From the IMG/VR virus record IMGVR_UViG_3300026105_000002, positions 1 through 58,515 of that record: a DNA stretch of 58,515 bases; one strand, given 5' to 3'. This stretch comes from a virus (lineage: Duplodnaviria > Caudoviricetes). The stretch's first letter is position 1. Each line of letters starts with the position of its first letter. Position numbers and translations under genes: made by a program. Positions 12,047-23,000 of this stretch are shown one piece after another. Under the pieces are notes generated by a model. It saw nothing but the letters and a program-made list of their open reading frames with translations. It did not search any database and was not told the origin of the DNA.

Positions 12047-13052
12047 TTTTATTCTCTCCTTGAGTAGATGTTATTACTTTATCTTTAATTATTTCTAAAA
12101 CTGTCGCTCTGTTAGGTATTACAGACACATAATCAACGTATTGCCTATATGAAAGCGCGCCTCTTTCAGTGGGGGTCATATCTTCTATTTGGTATGGAAG
12201 AAAAGACCAGCTGCTGGAAAAATTAATGGTTTCTTTCCAATCAGTAGCAATAGGAGTTCTAGCATTCATCGCTTGAGCCAATCTATAGCTCCAAGAAACG
12301 CCACTTTTCCTATCTTGAGGAGCATGCATGTATCCGAGAGATGTTTCAATATCAGTCTTTGCTCGTTCATCGTTATATCCTCGGGCTGCTTTTACTTCTC
12401 TAGCAGAAAACTTAATTGTTTTTAGTACTATTTTTGACCATGAAAGCTTTTTATCGTTTATTGACCAGCGATTTTCTTTATAATCACTCTCTTTTTGGCC
12501 TGTAAGTAAGAAAGAGTCTAAATTAAGCCCCATTAAGTTATTTACATTTGGCATTTTTAGTCTCTCTTTAATGTCTTCTTCGGTTTGCCAAGGCAGCGAA
12601 GGGTATATGGTTGCTGGCCATTCTTTAGTTAGCAGACGCTTTGCAGCATTTTTCACTGACTTGCTGGTAACTGCAGAAGGGTACTCATATCTGCTTGAGT
12701 AAAATGCAGAAAATAAGCCACCCTCGGGGTCGTTAGCCGCTTTAGAGACGCTATTCTTGTACTGCCATAATTGAGGAAAGTCTAATACAAGCCGCACTTT
12801 AGGTGAGTCCCAAATCAGGTCTAGTAAATGAAGACCGCCGTAAACTTTATTTGCACTCAATGCAGTTGGCGGGGTTATGCCAACAAAAACTAAATCATAA
12901 TCTTTTAAATCTTTTTCAGTCCACTTAACACTTGGCGTGGACCACACCACTTCAGCTATTTCAGACATAGCAGTGGCAAGGGTGTTATAAAACCCTACAT
13001 TTTTTGAAGGCTTGCAGTGGGACGAAGCCATTCCAGTAAATAATACTTTCAT
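12039..13052 (-). CDS. Putative GT-B fold glycosyltransferase
   Basis: N-terminal MKVLFTG...DYDLVFVG Rossmann-like strands; C-terminal WSYRLAQAMNARTPIATD resembles the GT-B sugar-nucleotide binding helix; AAGGAG SD. Confidence 0.5.
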   Translation of the reverse strand: MKVLFTGMASSHCKPSKNVGFYNTLATAMSEIAEVVWSTPSVKWTEKDLKDYDLVFVGITPPTALSANKVYGGLHLLDLIWDSPKVRLVLDFPQLWQYKNSVSKAANDPEGGLFSAFYSSRYEYPSAVTSKSVKNAAKRLLTKEWPATIYPSLPWQTEEDIKERLKMPNVNNLMGLNLDSFLLTGQKESDYKENRWSINDKKLSWSKIVLKTIKFSAREVKAARGYNDERAKTDIETSLGYMHAPQDRKSGVSWSYRLAQAMNARTPIATDWKETINFSSSWSFLPYQIEDMTPTERGALSYRQYVDYVSVIPNRATVLEIIKDKVITSTQGENKNA

Positions 13053-13064
13053 TTCTCTCCTTAG

Positions 13065-13094
13065 AAAAAAGCGAGGTGCCTTGAGGCACCCCGC
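13065..13094 (-). terminator. Rho-independent terminator after the SSB-like gene
   Basis: Minus strand GCGGGGTGCC-TCAA-GGCACCTCGC-TTTTTT. Confidence 0.85.
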
Positions 13095-13104
13095 TCAAAT
13101 CTAT

Positions 13105-13638
13105 TTAAAATGGCTCCTCGCCTGCGGCTACAGGTGATGCCGGCGCAGGGGCTGGCGCTGGAGCTGGAGCTGGAGCAGGCGCTGAAGCAGCGGGAGCTGC
13201 ACTTTGTGCTGCAGCAGAAACTGGTGCCGCTTCTCCCTTGTGGTACTGAGTAATCTCGTTACTCTGGTTTCCGTTGTATGTACGGATTCCAACAGTTGCA
13301 CGGAATGATCGGTTCATAAGAGCCTGCTCAATCTGTGCGTCAGTTGGGTTGCTACCAAAGAAGTCCTTGTTTAGTCCAAGGATTCCGGCCTTCATGAAAA
13401 ACATGTTTAGTGCCTTTGGGTTCTCTGGTGAGATTACTAGGTTGTCCCAAACGCGCCTATTAGCGTGTGGTCCTCCTTGAACCTCTGTGGTCAACTTAAA
13501 CATGGTCTTACCAGTCTGAGTTGTTGTTGCTTTAGCTTCAATAACCTTTAGCTCGTAGTCACCCTTTGGTAGTGGCTCATACGAGTTGTTAGTCTCTCCT
13601 GCTTCTTTGATTAGGTCATTCCAATTTACAGATGCCAT
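13105..13638 (-). CDS. Single-stranded DNA-binding-like protein (DUF669-type OB fold)
   Basis: YEPLPKGDYELKV, TGKTMFKL, RRVWDNL, AP-rich linker, acidic EEPF C-terminus. Confidence 0.75.
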   Translation of the reverse strand: MASVNWNDLIKEAGETNNSYEPLPKGDYELKVIEAKATTTQTGKTMFKLTTEVQGGPHANRRVWDNLVISPENPKALNMFFMKAGILGLNKDFFGSNPTDAQIEQALMNRSFRATVGIRTYNGNQSNEITQYHKGEAAPVSAAAQSAAPAASAPAPAPAPAPAPAPASPVAAGEEPF

Positions 13639-13647
13639 TTTTATCTC

Positions 13648-14421
13648 CTAGCTTGCTTTCTTATTATTGGTTTCGGTTTTTGGCTCACCAAAGATCATGT
13701 CTAACATTCGCTCAACGCTAAGGTCTTGCTGTTCGACAATCGCTCCAAGACGACCCTGAACGCGCTCTCCAGCTTCATACTGACCAGTTCGCTCAACGTA
13801 CATTCTTCGCGCTTTGTGAGGGGATTGTAGAGGATCCTCGTTAGGGAACTCCTCAATAGTGATAGCACCTAGAACATCATAAAAATATGGTGCCTGGGTT
13901 GCTAGCTGGCCCTGCAGGTAAGGACGATACACGCCATCCTGACCCTTACGTGCCATTGCGGTCAACACCACGGCCTCTAGAGCCTGTGTTGGGTGCATTG
14001 TAAGGTCACGAAGGTCACGAAGAAGTGCACCCATGTGGCGAAGTAGTTCGCCCCACTGTTGCATCTTCATTTGTTCGGTACCTGCAATGTTGTCCATGCA
14101 CTTGACCTGGAGCTCTGAGATAGAGTCAATAATCAAGGACTTGAACTGGTGCTTACCTGACTGAAGCCACTGAAATGCCTTCAATACTGTGTCGTAGTCG
14201 CGTACTTGAACCACCACTGTGTCCCAAGTTCCGTCGGCTGCGGGCGGCTCCTCATTCATCGGATCCCAATATTTAGGAACGATTGGGAGGAACCGGTGTC
14301 CGCCCTCAACGTCCAGCATGAGCCGAGGATAAGGAGCAGTGACTGCAAAAGTTGACTTACCAACTTTTGACTCTCCATATACCATCAAGGTAAGGGAGCG
14401 TTGCACGTTTGTAGTCATCAC
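13648..14421 (-). CDS. AAA_24/Sak4-like ATPase (single-strand annealing protein)
   Basis: YGESKVGKSTFA Walker A, LDVEGG, IIDSISELQ; lies between the nuclease and SSB genes. Confidence 0.8.
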   Translation of the reverse strand: MMTTNVQRSLTLMVYGESKVGKSTFAVTAPYPRLMLDVEGGHRFLPIVPKYWDPMNEEPPAADGTWDTVVVQVRDYDTVLKAFQWLQSGKHQFKSLIIDSISELQVKCMDNIAGTEQMKMQQWGELLRHMGALLRDLRDLTMHPTQALEAVVLTAMARKGQDGVYRPYLQGQLATQAPYFYDVLGAITIEEFPNEDPLQSPHKARRMYVERTGQYEAGERVQGRLGAIVEQQDLSVERMLDMIFGEPKTETNNKKAS

Positions 14422-15347
14422 TCATTTCCTTTTGTCTCGTTGTAATAACCGTACGGGTCGGCGACCTCGAACGCATCACTAATTGCGGCCTCTGCAGCAG
14501 ACCCATCGTCTACTAAAGGACAAATAGTGAAGAATTGGCACTTCCACTTACAATCACGGCTTGGCCTTGGGTATGCGTGCTTGTAGTGGCTCTCTCCGGC
14601 ATCTAAAGCGTCACGGACGCGTAGCATGTCTTCAAGGGTTCCTTCTAGCCTTTGCCAGAAAGAACGTAGTGCAAACTGATTGTGTCGAACCTCTATTTGC
14701 TCGTAAAAAGGAGGCTTAGCGTAAGCTCCACGCTTTACCTTACGTAGCATGGTAAAGATTCCACCCTCTGAACGCTCACCATCTTGGTTCTGAGCCTCTT
14801 CGAGCGTCATGTAGGTAAGAATCTGCTCATTCATCTGAGCCGTAGCTCCAAAGTCAGCAAAAGAGCCACCTACAGTCTTAAAGTCACGGAACATACGAAC
14901 GCCATCCAACTTGCGACGAACACGCATGTCAATCTTTCCCTGAAGCTCTACTCGGCCTTCCATCATTGGGCGGCTAATAACTTCTTCTGTGGAAATCATT
15001 TCAATTTCTTGGTCAATGCCTTCTATTTCTACCCATTCGAGGTAGCCCTCGAGCATTACACGGCCCAAGTCAGCTTCTGTTTCTAGTTTTGAAGTGTCGC
15101 GGTAATCTTTAGTTAGCTTGTCCATATCCTCTTTTACAAGGTCGGAGTGTGCTTCTAGAAGTGGCTGACCAGTGCTGTAGTATCGGTCAAGAGCTTCGTG
15201 AATCCTAGACCCAAGAGCTAATGCTCCTGTGTAGTCTTTTAATTTTGGTTGAAGCCTACGGTAGTAGGTAAACCACCAACGCCTTCGGCAATCCTTGAAG
15301 GTTTGGACTTCAGAGTTGGAAATTTTAACGGGCTTTACATCTGTCAT
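14418..15347 (-). CDS. PD-(D/E)XK exonuclease (RecB/Cas4-like)
   Basis: SNSEVQTFKDC, GSRIHEAL, GKID...DFKT, Q...Y, C-terminal CKWKC...C. Confidence 0.85.
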   Translation of the reverse strand: MTDVKPVKISNSEVQTFKDCRRRWWFTYYRRLQPKLKDYTGALALGSRIHEALDRYYSTGQPLLEAHSDLVKEDMDKLTKDYRDTSKLETEADLGRVMLEGYLEWVEIEGIDQEIEMISTEEVISRPMMEGRVELQGKIDMRVRRKLDGVRMFRDFKTVGGSFADFGATAQMNEQILTYMTLEEAQNQDGERSEGGIFTMLRKVKRGAYAKPPFYEQIEVRHNQFALRSFWQRLEGTLEDMLRVRDALDAGESHYKHAYPRPSRDCKWKCQFFTICPLVDDGSAAEAAISDAFEVADPYGYYNETKGNE

Positions 15348-17170
15348 TTTGTATTCTCAATTCCAGTTTGAATTATTTGCTTCAGTTGTTCTTTATCACG
15401 AACGATTTGTTCGAAGTTATCGGCTTTAGTGTCAAGAGCACCTATCACCCTTTCTTCTATGGAACCTTCTGTTACATAGTCTGTAATCAACACAGAGTCG
15501 TGAATTTCAGAACCGATTCTGTGAACCCTGTCTAAAGCCTGTTTGTAGTTGACTAGAGACCAAGGTCTTTGAAGCATAACAAGCCGGCGTGCTGCTGTCA
15601 AGGTAATACCGACACCTCCTGCGGCGTCTGTAAATAGAATCCACTTGATTCTTCCGTTTTGGAAGTCGTCTACTGCTTTTTGGCGGTCAGCTTCATCAAC
15701 AGCCCCTGTAATCATCCCGTGAGCAATGCCTTCTTTTTCTAGCCTTGCACTCAGAATTTCTAGCAACTGCCTAGAAACTGCACAGACTGCTACAGAATCC
15801 TCTCCAAAGTCTCCACTCTTGATGTCGTCTATCAAGGCATCAACTTTGCAAGAAGGCTCGGATAGCAATACTTTTTCGTCGCCAGTCGCTTCGTCTACAG
15901 TTACAGTTGCATAAGCACTCGCAAACTGAAGCAACCTAAGCGTCTGCACCAGTGGGTCAGGAGCCACAACAACCTCGCCGTCAGATCCGATAGAGCCCTC
16001 GTTATCTAGTAAGGTAATCATATTTTCTGACATCTGCTTATAAGCCTTGAGCTGCTTAGCGCCCATCTCCAGGTCCCTGCGGTCACTTAGAACCTCTGGC
16101 AACCAAGGAAGCACCTTAGCTTTCAGCATCCTACGCATACGCGGGTTAATGCCGTCATAAAACTCTTTTTCCATTTCTGGTTTCAGGCCTAAAACCATCA
16201 TTCCACCAAAGGCATTGAGCATTGTGTTTACAAAACGGTCGATCCATTTGGTCTTACTGGGCCACTCGGTAGGTTTTAGCCAGTGCAATATAGGCCAAAG
16301 ATCAACTACGTCGTTTGCAATTGGGGTACCAGTAAGGGCATACCTAATGTCTGCACCCTTAGATGCAGCCCATAGGGCCCTTGTTTGCTTGGACTTAGGA
16401 TCTTTTGAACGGTGAATCTCGTCAGCTACTACAGCTTTAAAATCAATACCGTTCAGCTCCCTCAGGTGCGTCTCACAGCGTCCTTCAGTAACCTTCGAGT
16501 CATGGCCCCCGCAAGCTACGCAACGCGCCAGAGCGATTGACCCATAGCCTTCTAGACGCGAATGCGAACGGAGAGACTCCCAATTGATAATAAATACTTG
16601 GCTTTCTTCTTCAAACAGAGCACGCCTCTTTGTGGCAGACCCTTTAATAATGGTGGTGTCTAGATCAGGCCACCACTTTTCAAACTCTCTAGCCCAGTTG
16701 CTTTTAAGTGTGTTTGGGCAGACAATAAGTATAGGGAAAACATCTTCGCCTTTATCATGAAGCTTTTTTAAGGCTCTGATAGCCTGGGCAGTTTTTCCTA
16801 ACCCTGGTTCATCCGCAAGCAGTGCTTGTCTAGACGTTGCTAAAAAGCTAACTCCGGCTTTCTGGTGGGGAAATAGGTCCTGGTTGTCGGTATCTTCTAA
16901 TTCTTCAACTTCTCTTAGTTGTAAAGAAGGAGCTATTCTGTTATTTTTCTCATTTACAGCCCACTCTTTAAGCTGTTCGCCTAGTTCTAGTTGGTCACCG
17001 AACTGAGACCTAAGAGATAGAGCGCCTGCCCAAGAAAGCGGGATTCGCCAAATTTTTTCTTTAGAGTCCCAAGCTGCACCTGGAAGTGCTCTACAAACCT
17101 CTTTGTAGCGGTACTCAGCATAAATGTTTATGTGAGTTTGCTCTTGATTGAGCTCTACACGTATCGTCAT
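15344..17170 (-). CDS. SNF2-family helicase/translocase
   Basis: LFPHQ, ADEPGLGKT, VCP, DEIH, LTGTPIAN, GGVGITLT, QALDRVHRIG. Confidence 0.92.
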   Translation of the reverse strand: MTIRVELNQEQTHINIYAEYRYKEVCRALPGAAWDSKEKIWRIPLSWAGALSLRSQFGDQLELGEQLKEWAVNEKNNRIAPSLQLREVEELEDTDNQDLFPHQKAGVSFLATSRQALLADEPGLGKTAQAIRALKKLHDKGEDVFPILIVCPNTLKSNWAREFEKWWPDLDTTIIKGSATKRRALFEEESQVFIINWESLRSHSRLEGYGSIALARCVACGGHDSKVTEGRCETHLRELNGIDFKAVVADEIHRSKDPKSKQTRALWAASKGADIRYALTGTPIANDVVDLWPILHWLKPTEWPSKTKWIDRFVNTMLNAFGGMMVLGLKPEMEKEFYDGINPRMRRMLKAKVLPWLPEVLSDRRDLEMGAKQLKAYKQMSENMITLLDNEGSIGSDGEVVVAPDPLVQTLRLLQFASAYATVTVDEATGDEKVLLSEPSCKVDALIDDIKSGDFGEDSVAVCAVSRQLLEILSARLEKEGIAHGMITGAVDEADRQKAVDDFQNGRIKWILFTDAAGGVGITLTAARRLVMLQRPWSLVNYKQALDRVHRIGSEIHDSVLITDYVTEGSIEERVIGALDTKADNFEQIVRDKEQLKQIIQTGIENTK

Positions 17171-17240
17171 TTTCCGTCCATTCGTTTGCTACTTAATCAT
17201 ATTATCATAAAAAAATGTCTTTTACAATTATTTTTGATAA

Positions 17241-17705
17241 TTAACTATCTTCTAGCAATGATACAGGCTTCCAGCCAGTTTTTACGAATCTAAGTAGGGC
17301 GTGTCGCACAGCATCTAAAGCGTGACCTTCACCGCCTTTGTGCCAATAACCTAGTTTTTTAAGCGCTGGGTTAGGAAAAATAGCTTTTGCATCAGCAGGT
17401 GACTGCAAAATTATTTCGTCAGTGCTTCTGCCAACATCTATTAGGCACTGTTTAAGGATCCCGATTTGCTCTAAAGAGAAAGGAGCTTGGCTATTTCTAA
17501 CAGTCTGAGCGTTAATTGTAAAGCGCTCGCAGACTACTTCAACAGAGTCTTTGTATAGGCTTAAAACCTCTCTTACAGGCTCTGCAAACTCTTCTTGTTG
17601 TAACTCTTTAGACCACTCTAAAATTGGCTCAGAATCGCTCTCAAGGCTGAATAAAGCCACACCAGTGGCCTTACCTGGATCAACTGCAAGCACGTATCTA
17701 GTCAT
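17241..17705 (-). CDS. RuvC-like Holliday junction resolvase
   Basis: VLAVDPGKATGVA, VVCERF, HALDAVRH. Confidence 0.75.
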   Translation of the reverse strand: MTRYVLAVDPGKATGVALFSLESDSEPILEWSKELQQEEFAEPVREVLSLYKDSVEVVCERFTINAQTVRNSQAPFSLEQIGILKQCLIDVGRSTDEIILQSPADAKAIFPNPALKKLGYWHKGGEGHALDAVRHALLRFVKTGWKPVSLLEDS

Positions 17706-19522
17706 TAGTACTTAGACCCCCAGTTTTCTAAAGGACCGTCAGCATCCGCTGTGAGTGGCACTTGCCATCCGTCTGTAGTTGTCATAGCTCTTTTCACAAT
17801 CTGTTTTATTTCTTCTGCATCTTCTTTTGGTGCATTAAGCACAATCTCATCATGAACTGGCACAATTAGCAACTCTGTTAAATCTTCTTGATCCAACTTA
17901 ACAAGGTTGGATTTAAATACTTCTGCTGCTCCACCTTGAATCATGTAGTTGACAAGTGTGTATACGCGGTCAGTGTCACAAGGAATACGTCTTCCAGTCC
18001 AAGTGTGTACGTATCCTTGGCCTTCGGCTATCTCTCTACGCTTACCAACATCTTCAACTTGCTTTTGAAACAGCTGCATACCAGGAAACCTTTTATCAAA
18101 CTCACCTGAAACTGCTCGCATTTGTTCTTCTGGTACACCTGCGGTTAGAGCCTGTTTAGCAACACCGGCACCATATAGACGCCCGTACACAACGCCCTTA
18201 ATCAAAGCACGGCGTTTATCGGATTTTTGCATAGAAGGGTCTTGATATATCTCACGGCCAATTTCGGTAAATGGGTCAGAACCAGTCTGATCGGCAAGAT
18301 TGAACATTTGGATTAGATTGGCATCTTTTGACAAGGATGCAAACATACGAAATTCGACCTGGTCAAGGTCAGAGGTAATAATTACGTGGTCGTCGTCTTT
18401 AGGCAAAAATGCTCGTCTGACAGTATCATCGCCTTTTGGCAGAGTTTGCAAGGCAGGGTTTTGAATAGACATACGGCCAGTTCTAGCCCCCATGGTCTTA
18501 ACCGAAGGATGTACAAAACCGTCCGTATTGTCATTTATAAAGTTTAAGAAGTAAGTATTTGCCAACTTATCTGCTTTACGCTGTTTCAGCATTACCTCGG
18601 CTAATTGCTTAATTGGCTCTGTGCCGTTAATAGTGAAGTATTTAAGCTGGTCTTTAGAAAGAGATGCCTGACCGCTCGGGGTTCTTTCCTCGATATGTCC
18701 ACCAAGTACGTCTTGGAACACTCTAATCATTTGAGCGTTACTGGTGACAGATGAGTCGTAGTTTTCTTTTACCCACTTTTTTACTTCAGAAGTGTAGTCA
18801 ATTAGTTCGTTGTATTTCTTTTGAGAATAGTCAAGATCTAGTCGAGCGCCGTTTATTTCCATACGAGTCACAACGCGTCGCGTGTTCATTTCTAGCTCGT
18901 ATGCGTAGTGGTAGGGCGTTCCTGGAGCGACTTGAGGATAAAACTTATTCCAGAGACGCATCGTAAGTACAGGGTCTAAAGCACCATAAGCCCAATAAGG
19001 CTCGTACTCTATGGGAACAGTTCCCCAGCTCCAGCCGTTTTTAGCAAGTCCAGCACCAAGCTCCTCTTGCAGCATGGCGGCATAAGGGTCAATGTGTTGA
19101 GCAGTTAAAGTCTTTAGTGCACCAGAACCTAGCGGATCTAACAGTTGAGCCATAATCATGGTGTCGTGGACTCTGTGCCAAGGTATTGACCACTTTGATT
19201 GTTGCTCAAACCACTTAGCCTCAAAGGCAACATTGTGACAAACAACAGGCCCGTCAAATTTTTTCATGCCCTCGTAGAAAATTCCAGCCCAATCGTCCCA
19301 GGGGATGGACCAGCCCGTCATACTGTCGCCAACCTGCACAAGGCGCAATCGACCATGCCAAGGAGATAAAGCGTCATTGCGTGGGCGACCAGGCAATTCA
19401 CCAGTTTCGGTGTCAATTGCCAGCGCATTGTAGGGACGTCTTTCGCCTAGCCAGTTTAAAAACTCTAAAGCTTTATCTAAACTGTCAACTAGCTCAAAAC
19501 GGACCCCTTCGAGTCCTGTCAT
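17705..19522 (-). CDS. polA: Family A DNA polymerase with 3'-5' exonuclease
   Basis: Exo DTET, HNVAFE, YGALD; TGRMS..NPALQ; motif A DLDQVEFR; motif B KGVVYGRLYG; motif C VHDEIV. Confidence 0.95.
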   Translation of the reverse strand: MTGLEGVRFELVDSLDKALEFLNWLGERRPYNALAIDTETGELPGRPRNDALSPWHGRLRLVQVGDSMTGWSIPWDDWAGIFYEGMKKFDGPVVCHNVAFEAKWFEQQSKWSIPWHRVHDTMIMAQLLDPLGSGALKTLTAQHIDPYAAMLQEELGAGLAKNGWSWGTVPIEYEPYWAYGALDPVLTMRLWNKFYPQVAPGTPYHYAYELEMNTRRVVTRMEINGARLDLDYSQKKYNELIDYTSEVKKWVKENYDSSVTSNAQMIRVFQDVLGGHIEERTPSGQASLSKDQLKYFTINGTEPIKQLAEVMLKQRKADKLANTYFLNFINDNTDGFVHPSVKTMGARTGRMSIQNPALQTLPKGDDTVRRAFLPKDDDHVIITSDLDQVEFRMFASLSKDANLIQMFNLADQTGSDPFTEIGREIYQDPSMQKSDKRRALIKGVVYGRLYGAGVAKQALTAGVPEEQMRAVSGEFDKRFPGMQLFQKQVEDVGKRREIAEGQGYVHTWTGRRIPCDTDRVYTLVNYMIQGGAAEVFKSNLVKLDQEDLTELLIVPVHDEIVLNAPKEDAEEIKQIVKRAMTTTDGWQVPLTADADGPLENWGSKY

Positions 19523-19546
19523 ATCGTCTTTTCGTAAAGTTAGTTG

Positions 19547-20017
19547 TTATGGAATTATTTCGTAATTATATACTTCTGCAATTTCCATGTCAACTTTAGC
19601 AGCATCTTGTAGCAGACGCTGCGCGACACTCGTAAGATATCTAGCACCATTGTCGTCATACTTGTATAGTGCCTCAACTACAGCTTCAGGTGTGTCGCTA
19701 ACCTGAGCCCAGTGGCGGTATTTTTCAGGGAATACCAAGTCGAGGCTTGTTTCTGGGTTACATTGCTCGCATGGTACGGCATTGTCTAGCAAGTTGTAGT
19801 TGGCAGACTCGGTCAGCTTGTACTTAGACACAAGATAGCAAGCAGCTCCGTGAAAGATTAAAGAGACGCCGATACGCGAAAGAATTAGAGAACCGCTTTC
19901 GGTTCTATATAGCTCAAACTCTATCCAACGGTAAGCGCCCCTACGCTCAGAGGTAGACTTAGCTAGTAGGGTACCGTTGAATTGAAGTTCTCTGTCTCCG
20001 TCTTTTACTGAATACAT
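19547..20017 (-). CDS. Hypothetical protein (CxxC)
   Basis: Translationally coupled to the tail-tip gene (TAATG); RWIEFELYRT and PCEQC motifs. Confidence 0.65.
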   Translation of the reverse strand: MYSVKDGDRELQFNGTLLAKSTSERRGAYRWIEFELYRTESGSLILSRIGVSLIFHGAACYLVSKYKLTESANYNLLDNAVPCEQCNPETSLDLVFPEKYRHWAQVSDTPEAVVEALYKYDDNGARYLTSVAQRLLQDAAKVDMEIAEVYNYEIIP

Positions 20018-23000
20018 TAGTTGTTGCCTTCTAGTGCTTCTAGTCTAGCCTCTAATTCATCGTTCTTAGCAGACAGTTCTTTTACCGACTTTATTAAAGC
20101 TGGGATTAATTCCTTTATTTCAAACCCTAAAATAGGGTCTCCACCTTCTTCTATATACTCATCAAAAATCTTTGAAGGTCCTTGTTCATATACAATACTT
20201 GAAGATTCTTCTGCACCGTGCTTTACTAAAGACTCCCTAACTTCTTGAGCAATTAGACCATAGTTAGTCAGGCCACCCATTTCTTCAATTTTCCAATTAA
20301 ACTTAACCGGCTTTAAATCATTTATAAAATTCAGACCTAAACTTGTCTCTTCTATATTTTCTTTCAATCTTATATCTGACGTAGACCTATATAAAGTTCC
20401 ACTTGAAAATGCCCGAACATCAGCGGTACTGTTACCCGATAAATCTTCAATTCTAAATGATTTTGTTGATCCTCTAAAAATATATTCAGGCCCAGAGACA
20501 CTGCCGGCGCTAAATGTCATCCCTTCATTTAACGTTATAAAAGAAGAATTAGTGCTGCTAATAAAACTACCGTTAGTCCCTCTTACAAGTGTCTGGTTGT
20601 TATCGCAAACTACGCTGCTTACGGTGCTGCCTGACCTAAGTGTAGCTACACTAGAAGAAGTAGTAACAGATGCAGGAGAGCTACCAGATCCCTTTAACCT
20701 AGCGCCAAGGCCATATCCTTCTAAAATTCCTTCTAGGTTTCCGCTATCATAAAACTCTAATTGATTATTCGAGCCATTCATTTGAACTCTGTTGCCGCCG
20801 CCCGAAGTTCTGATTGTGCCACCTGAAATAATTCCGCTTACACTCATCGTGCCAGTCACTTCGACATTGTCTAGATATGAGCGTCCATCTGTGTAGAATC
20901 TAAATGCAGAGTTGGCAATACCTCCACCTGAATTTGTAAACGCTACAATTCCTCTAGGACCAAGATTGTCATTACCTCTGAGCTCTATTCGACCTAAGTT
21001 AGGGTTGGGGTCTTGAATAATCATGTTGCTGGCTAAAGCTAGAGTTGCTGAAAATTTATCTGCTGTAATTGTTTGTGCGCTAATCTCATTTGCAGTAATA
21101 GCATTAGCTACTATTCGATCAGCACTAATACTTCTTGCCTCGATTTTTTCTGCAGTAATAGAACCAGCAAAGATTTTGCTTGCAGTGACAGCATTGGCGT
21201 CAATGTTTCCAGCCTTTATTTCGCCAGCTTGAATATTGTTTGAAGTAATCGCATCAGCACCGATTTTTCCGGCAATAATAGCTCCAGCTGCAATTTCATT
21301 AGCACCAATAGCCTCGGCAGATATCGCATCCTGAGTAATCACATCAGGTCCCAGTAGGGAGGCCGCGTTAATAGATCCGTCCGCAAGAGACCCTGCAGGA
21401 ACAACCTGACCATTAAAAGGCCATGTATTTAAAGTGTCCTCAATTAAATCTGTATCTACCAAAGCTTTTGGCACAACCGACACTACCCCAGAAAAGGGAC
21501 CTTCCGCACCAGCAGTGTCTATAGCAGTTATTTTAATAAAATATGTGTTGCTGTACTCGAGATCTGTTAGAACAGCAAATGTGTTTTGACTTGAGAAATA
21601 TGTAGCATCTGCAACAGCATTAAAGTCAATGTTGTTTAAAGAAAGATATACTCTCATTTTTGCTGTGTCGGCAGGTGCAGGAGCAAAAGTGTTAGATCCT
21701 GTTGAAAGTAAATTATCCCATGTAACCGTTACGGTTCCCAGTCTTGTAGTGACATCAGGGTCAGTTGGCGGATATATGCCAATATCACCACCAGTACTCA
21801 CATCAGTTGTGTGAGTAGCCTCTACTGGTTCAGAAAATAAGTTGCCACTGTCGTAAGCTTCTACCTTAAAGTAATATGTCTCTCCCTGCTGTAGTGCCGC
21901 TTGAGGACCAAGTGTGTAACTAGAAATAGTGGGCTCGTCAAGTTTTTCATACGCCCAGTCGTCACTAGGGCTTAGCCTCCACCCAATTCTGTATCCAAGC
22001 AAATCCGTCAAAGGTTCGCCCGACTCGCTGTCAATAGGAGGATCCCAAGATAAAGTTACTGCTGAATAAGTTCTAAATCCTGTTGTTTCATTTCCTGATT
22101 TAGGTTCATCAGTGATTTCAAGTTCAGTTGGCGGTGAAGGAGGATCACCGTCATCAATTTCAAAATCGGTAGCAGAATAATCTACCCAACGGACGCCGTC
22201 CCAAACATAAATTGTGTTTGTTGAACTGTCAGACCAAGTAGAGCCCACAGGCAAGTGGTTTCTTGCTACAGGATATACGTAAAAATCATTAGATGGAGTT
22301 ACCTCTCCAGTTGGAGTGTCTACACCAGCAAATAGTTCGTACTCAATTGTATTATCTGTTACAGCAGTAATCTTGAAAAGGCCGTCTGGGTCATATGCAA
22401 TAGAGTTTTCTGCAAATATGTCAACAAAAATAACATCGTCGACTTTGAACTTGTGATTAGCATTCATAGTTAACGTAACTGTAGAACCAGTAATTGAAAA
22501 TGAGTCTACAAGTCTTTTCGTTTGCAGCCTATACCTTGTTGTCCAACTAGCAGGTGCAGCGGTATCAGGACGTACAGAATATTCGTTAGTGATTACAACA
22601 CCTGCAAGTTGATCATTTTCTGGGTCGTGCTTCCAAGAAGCCCTGTCGTCCCAGGGTGGCGTATCTGTGTTTTTAACCTCAAAAACTCCAGAAACATCAA
22701 TATCTACAGTAGAAGTACCGTGAATACCGCTTATCTCTAAGTTTCCACCTTCAAATAAAGACAAATCAGCTTCTAAATAAATAGAAACTCTGTCTTCTGA
22801 TCCACCTGTAACTTTTCTAGGATAGTAATAAGCGTCTTGAATTATTCTAAATTGATTAGGAGCAGAGTCGCTAACTACGTTCGTCGGTGAAAGTAGGTCT
22901 TCTCCACTGACCACCGCGGCCTCTACCTGCCCAGACGTTAAAAGATTTATAGGCCTAAGCTCGACCGAGCGTATTCTTTCATCTAACCTACTTACTAGAC

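Noticed and set aside
14418-15347. Cas4-like gene as evidence of CRISPR-Cas
   Set aside because: No array or other cas genes; the context is a standard nuclease-Sak4-SSB recombination module.
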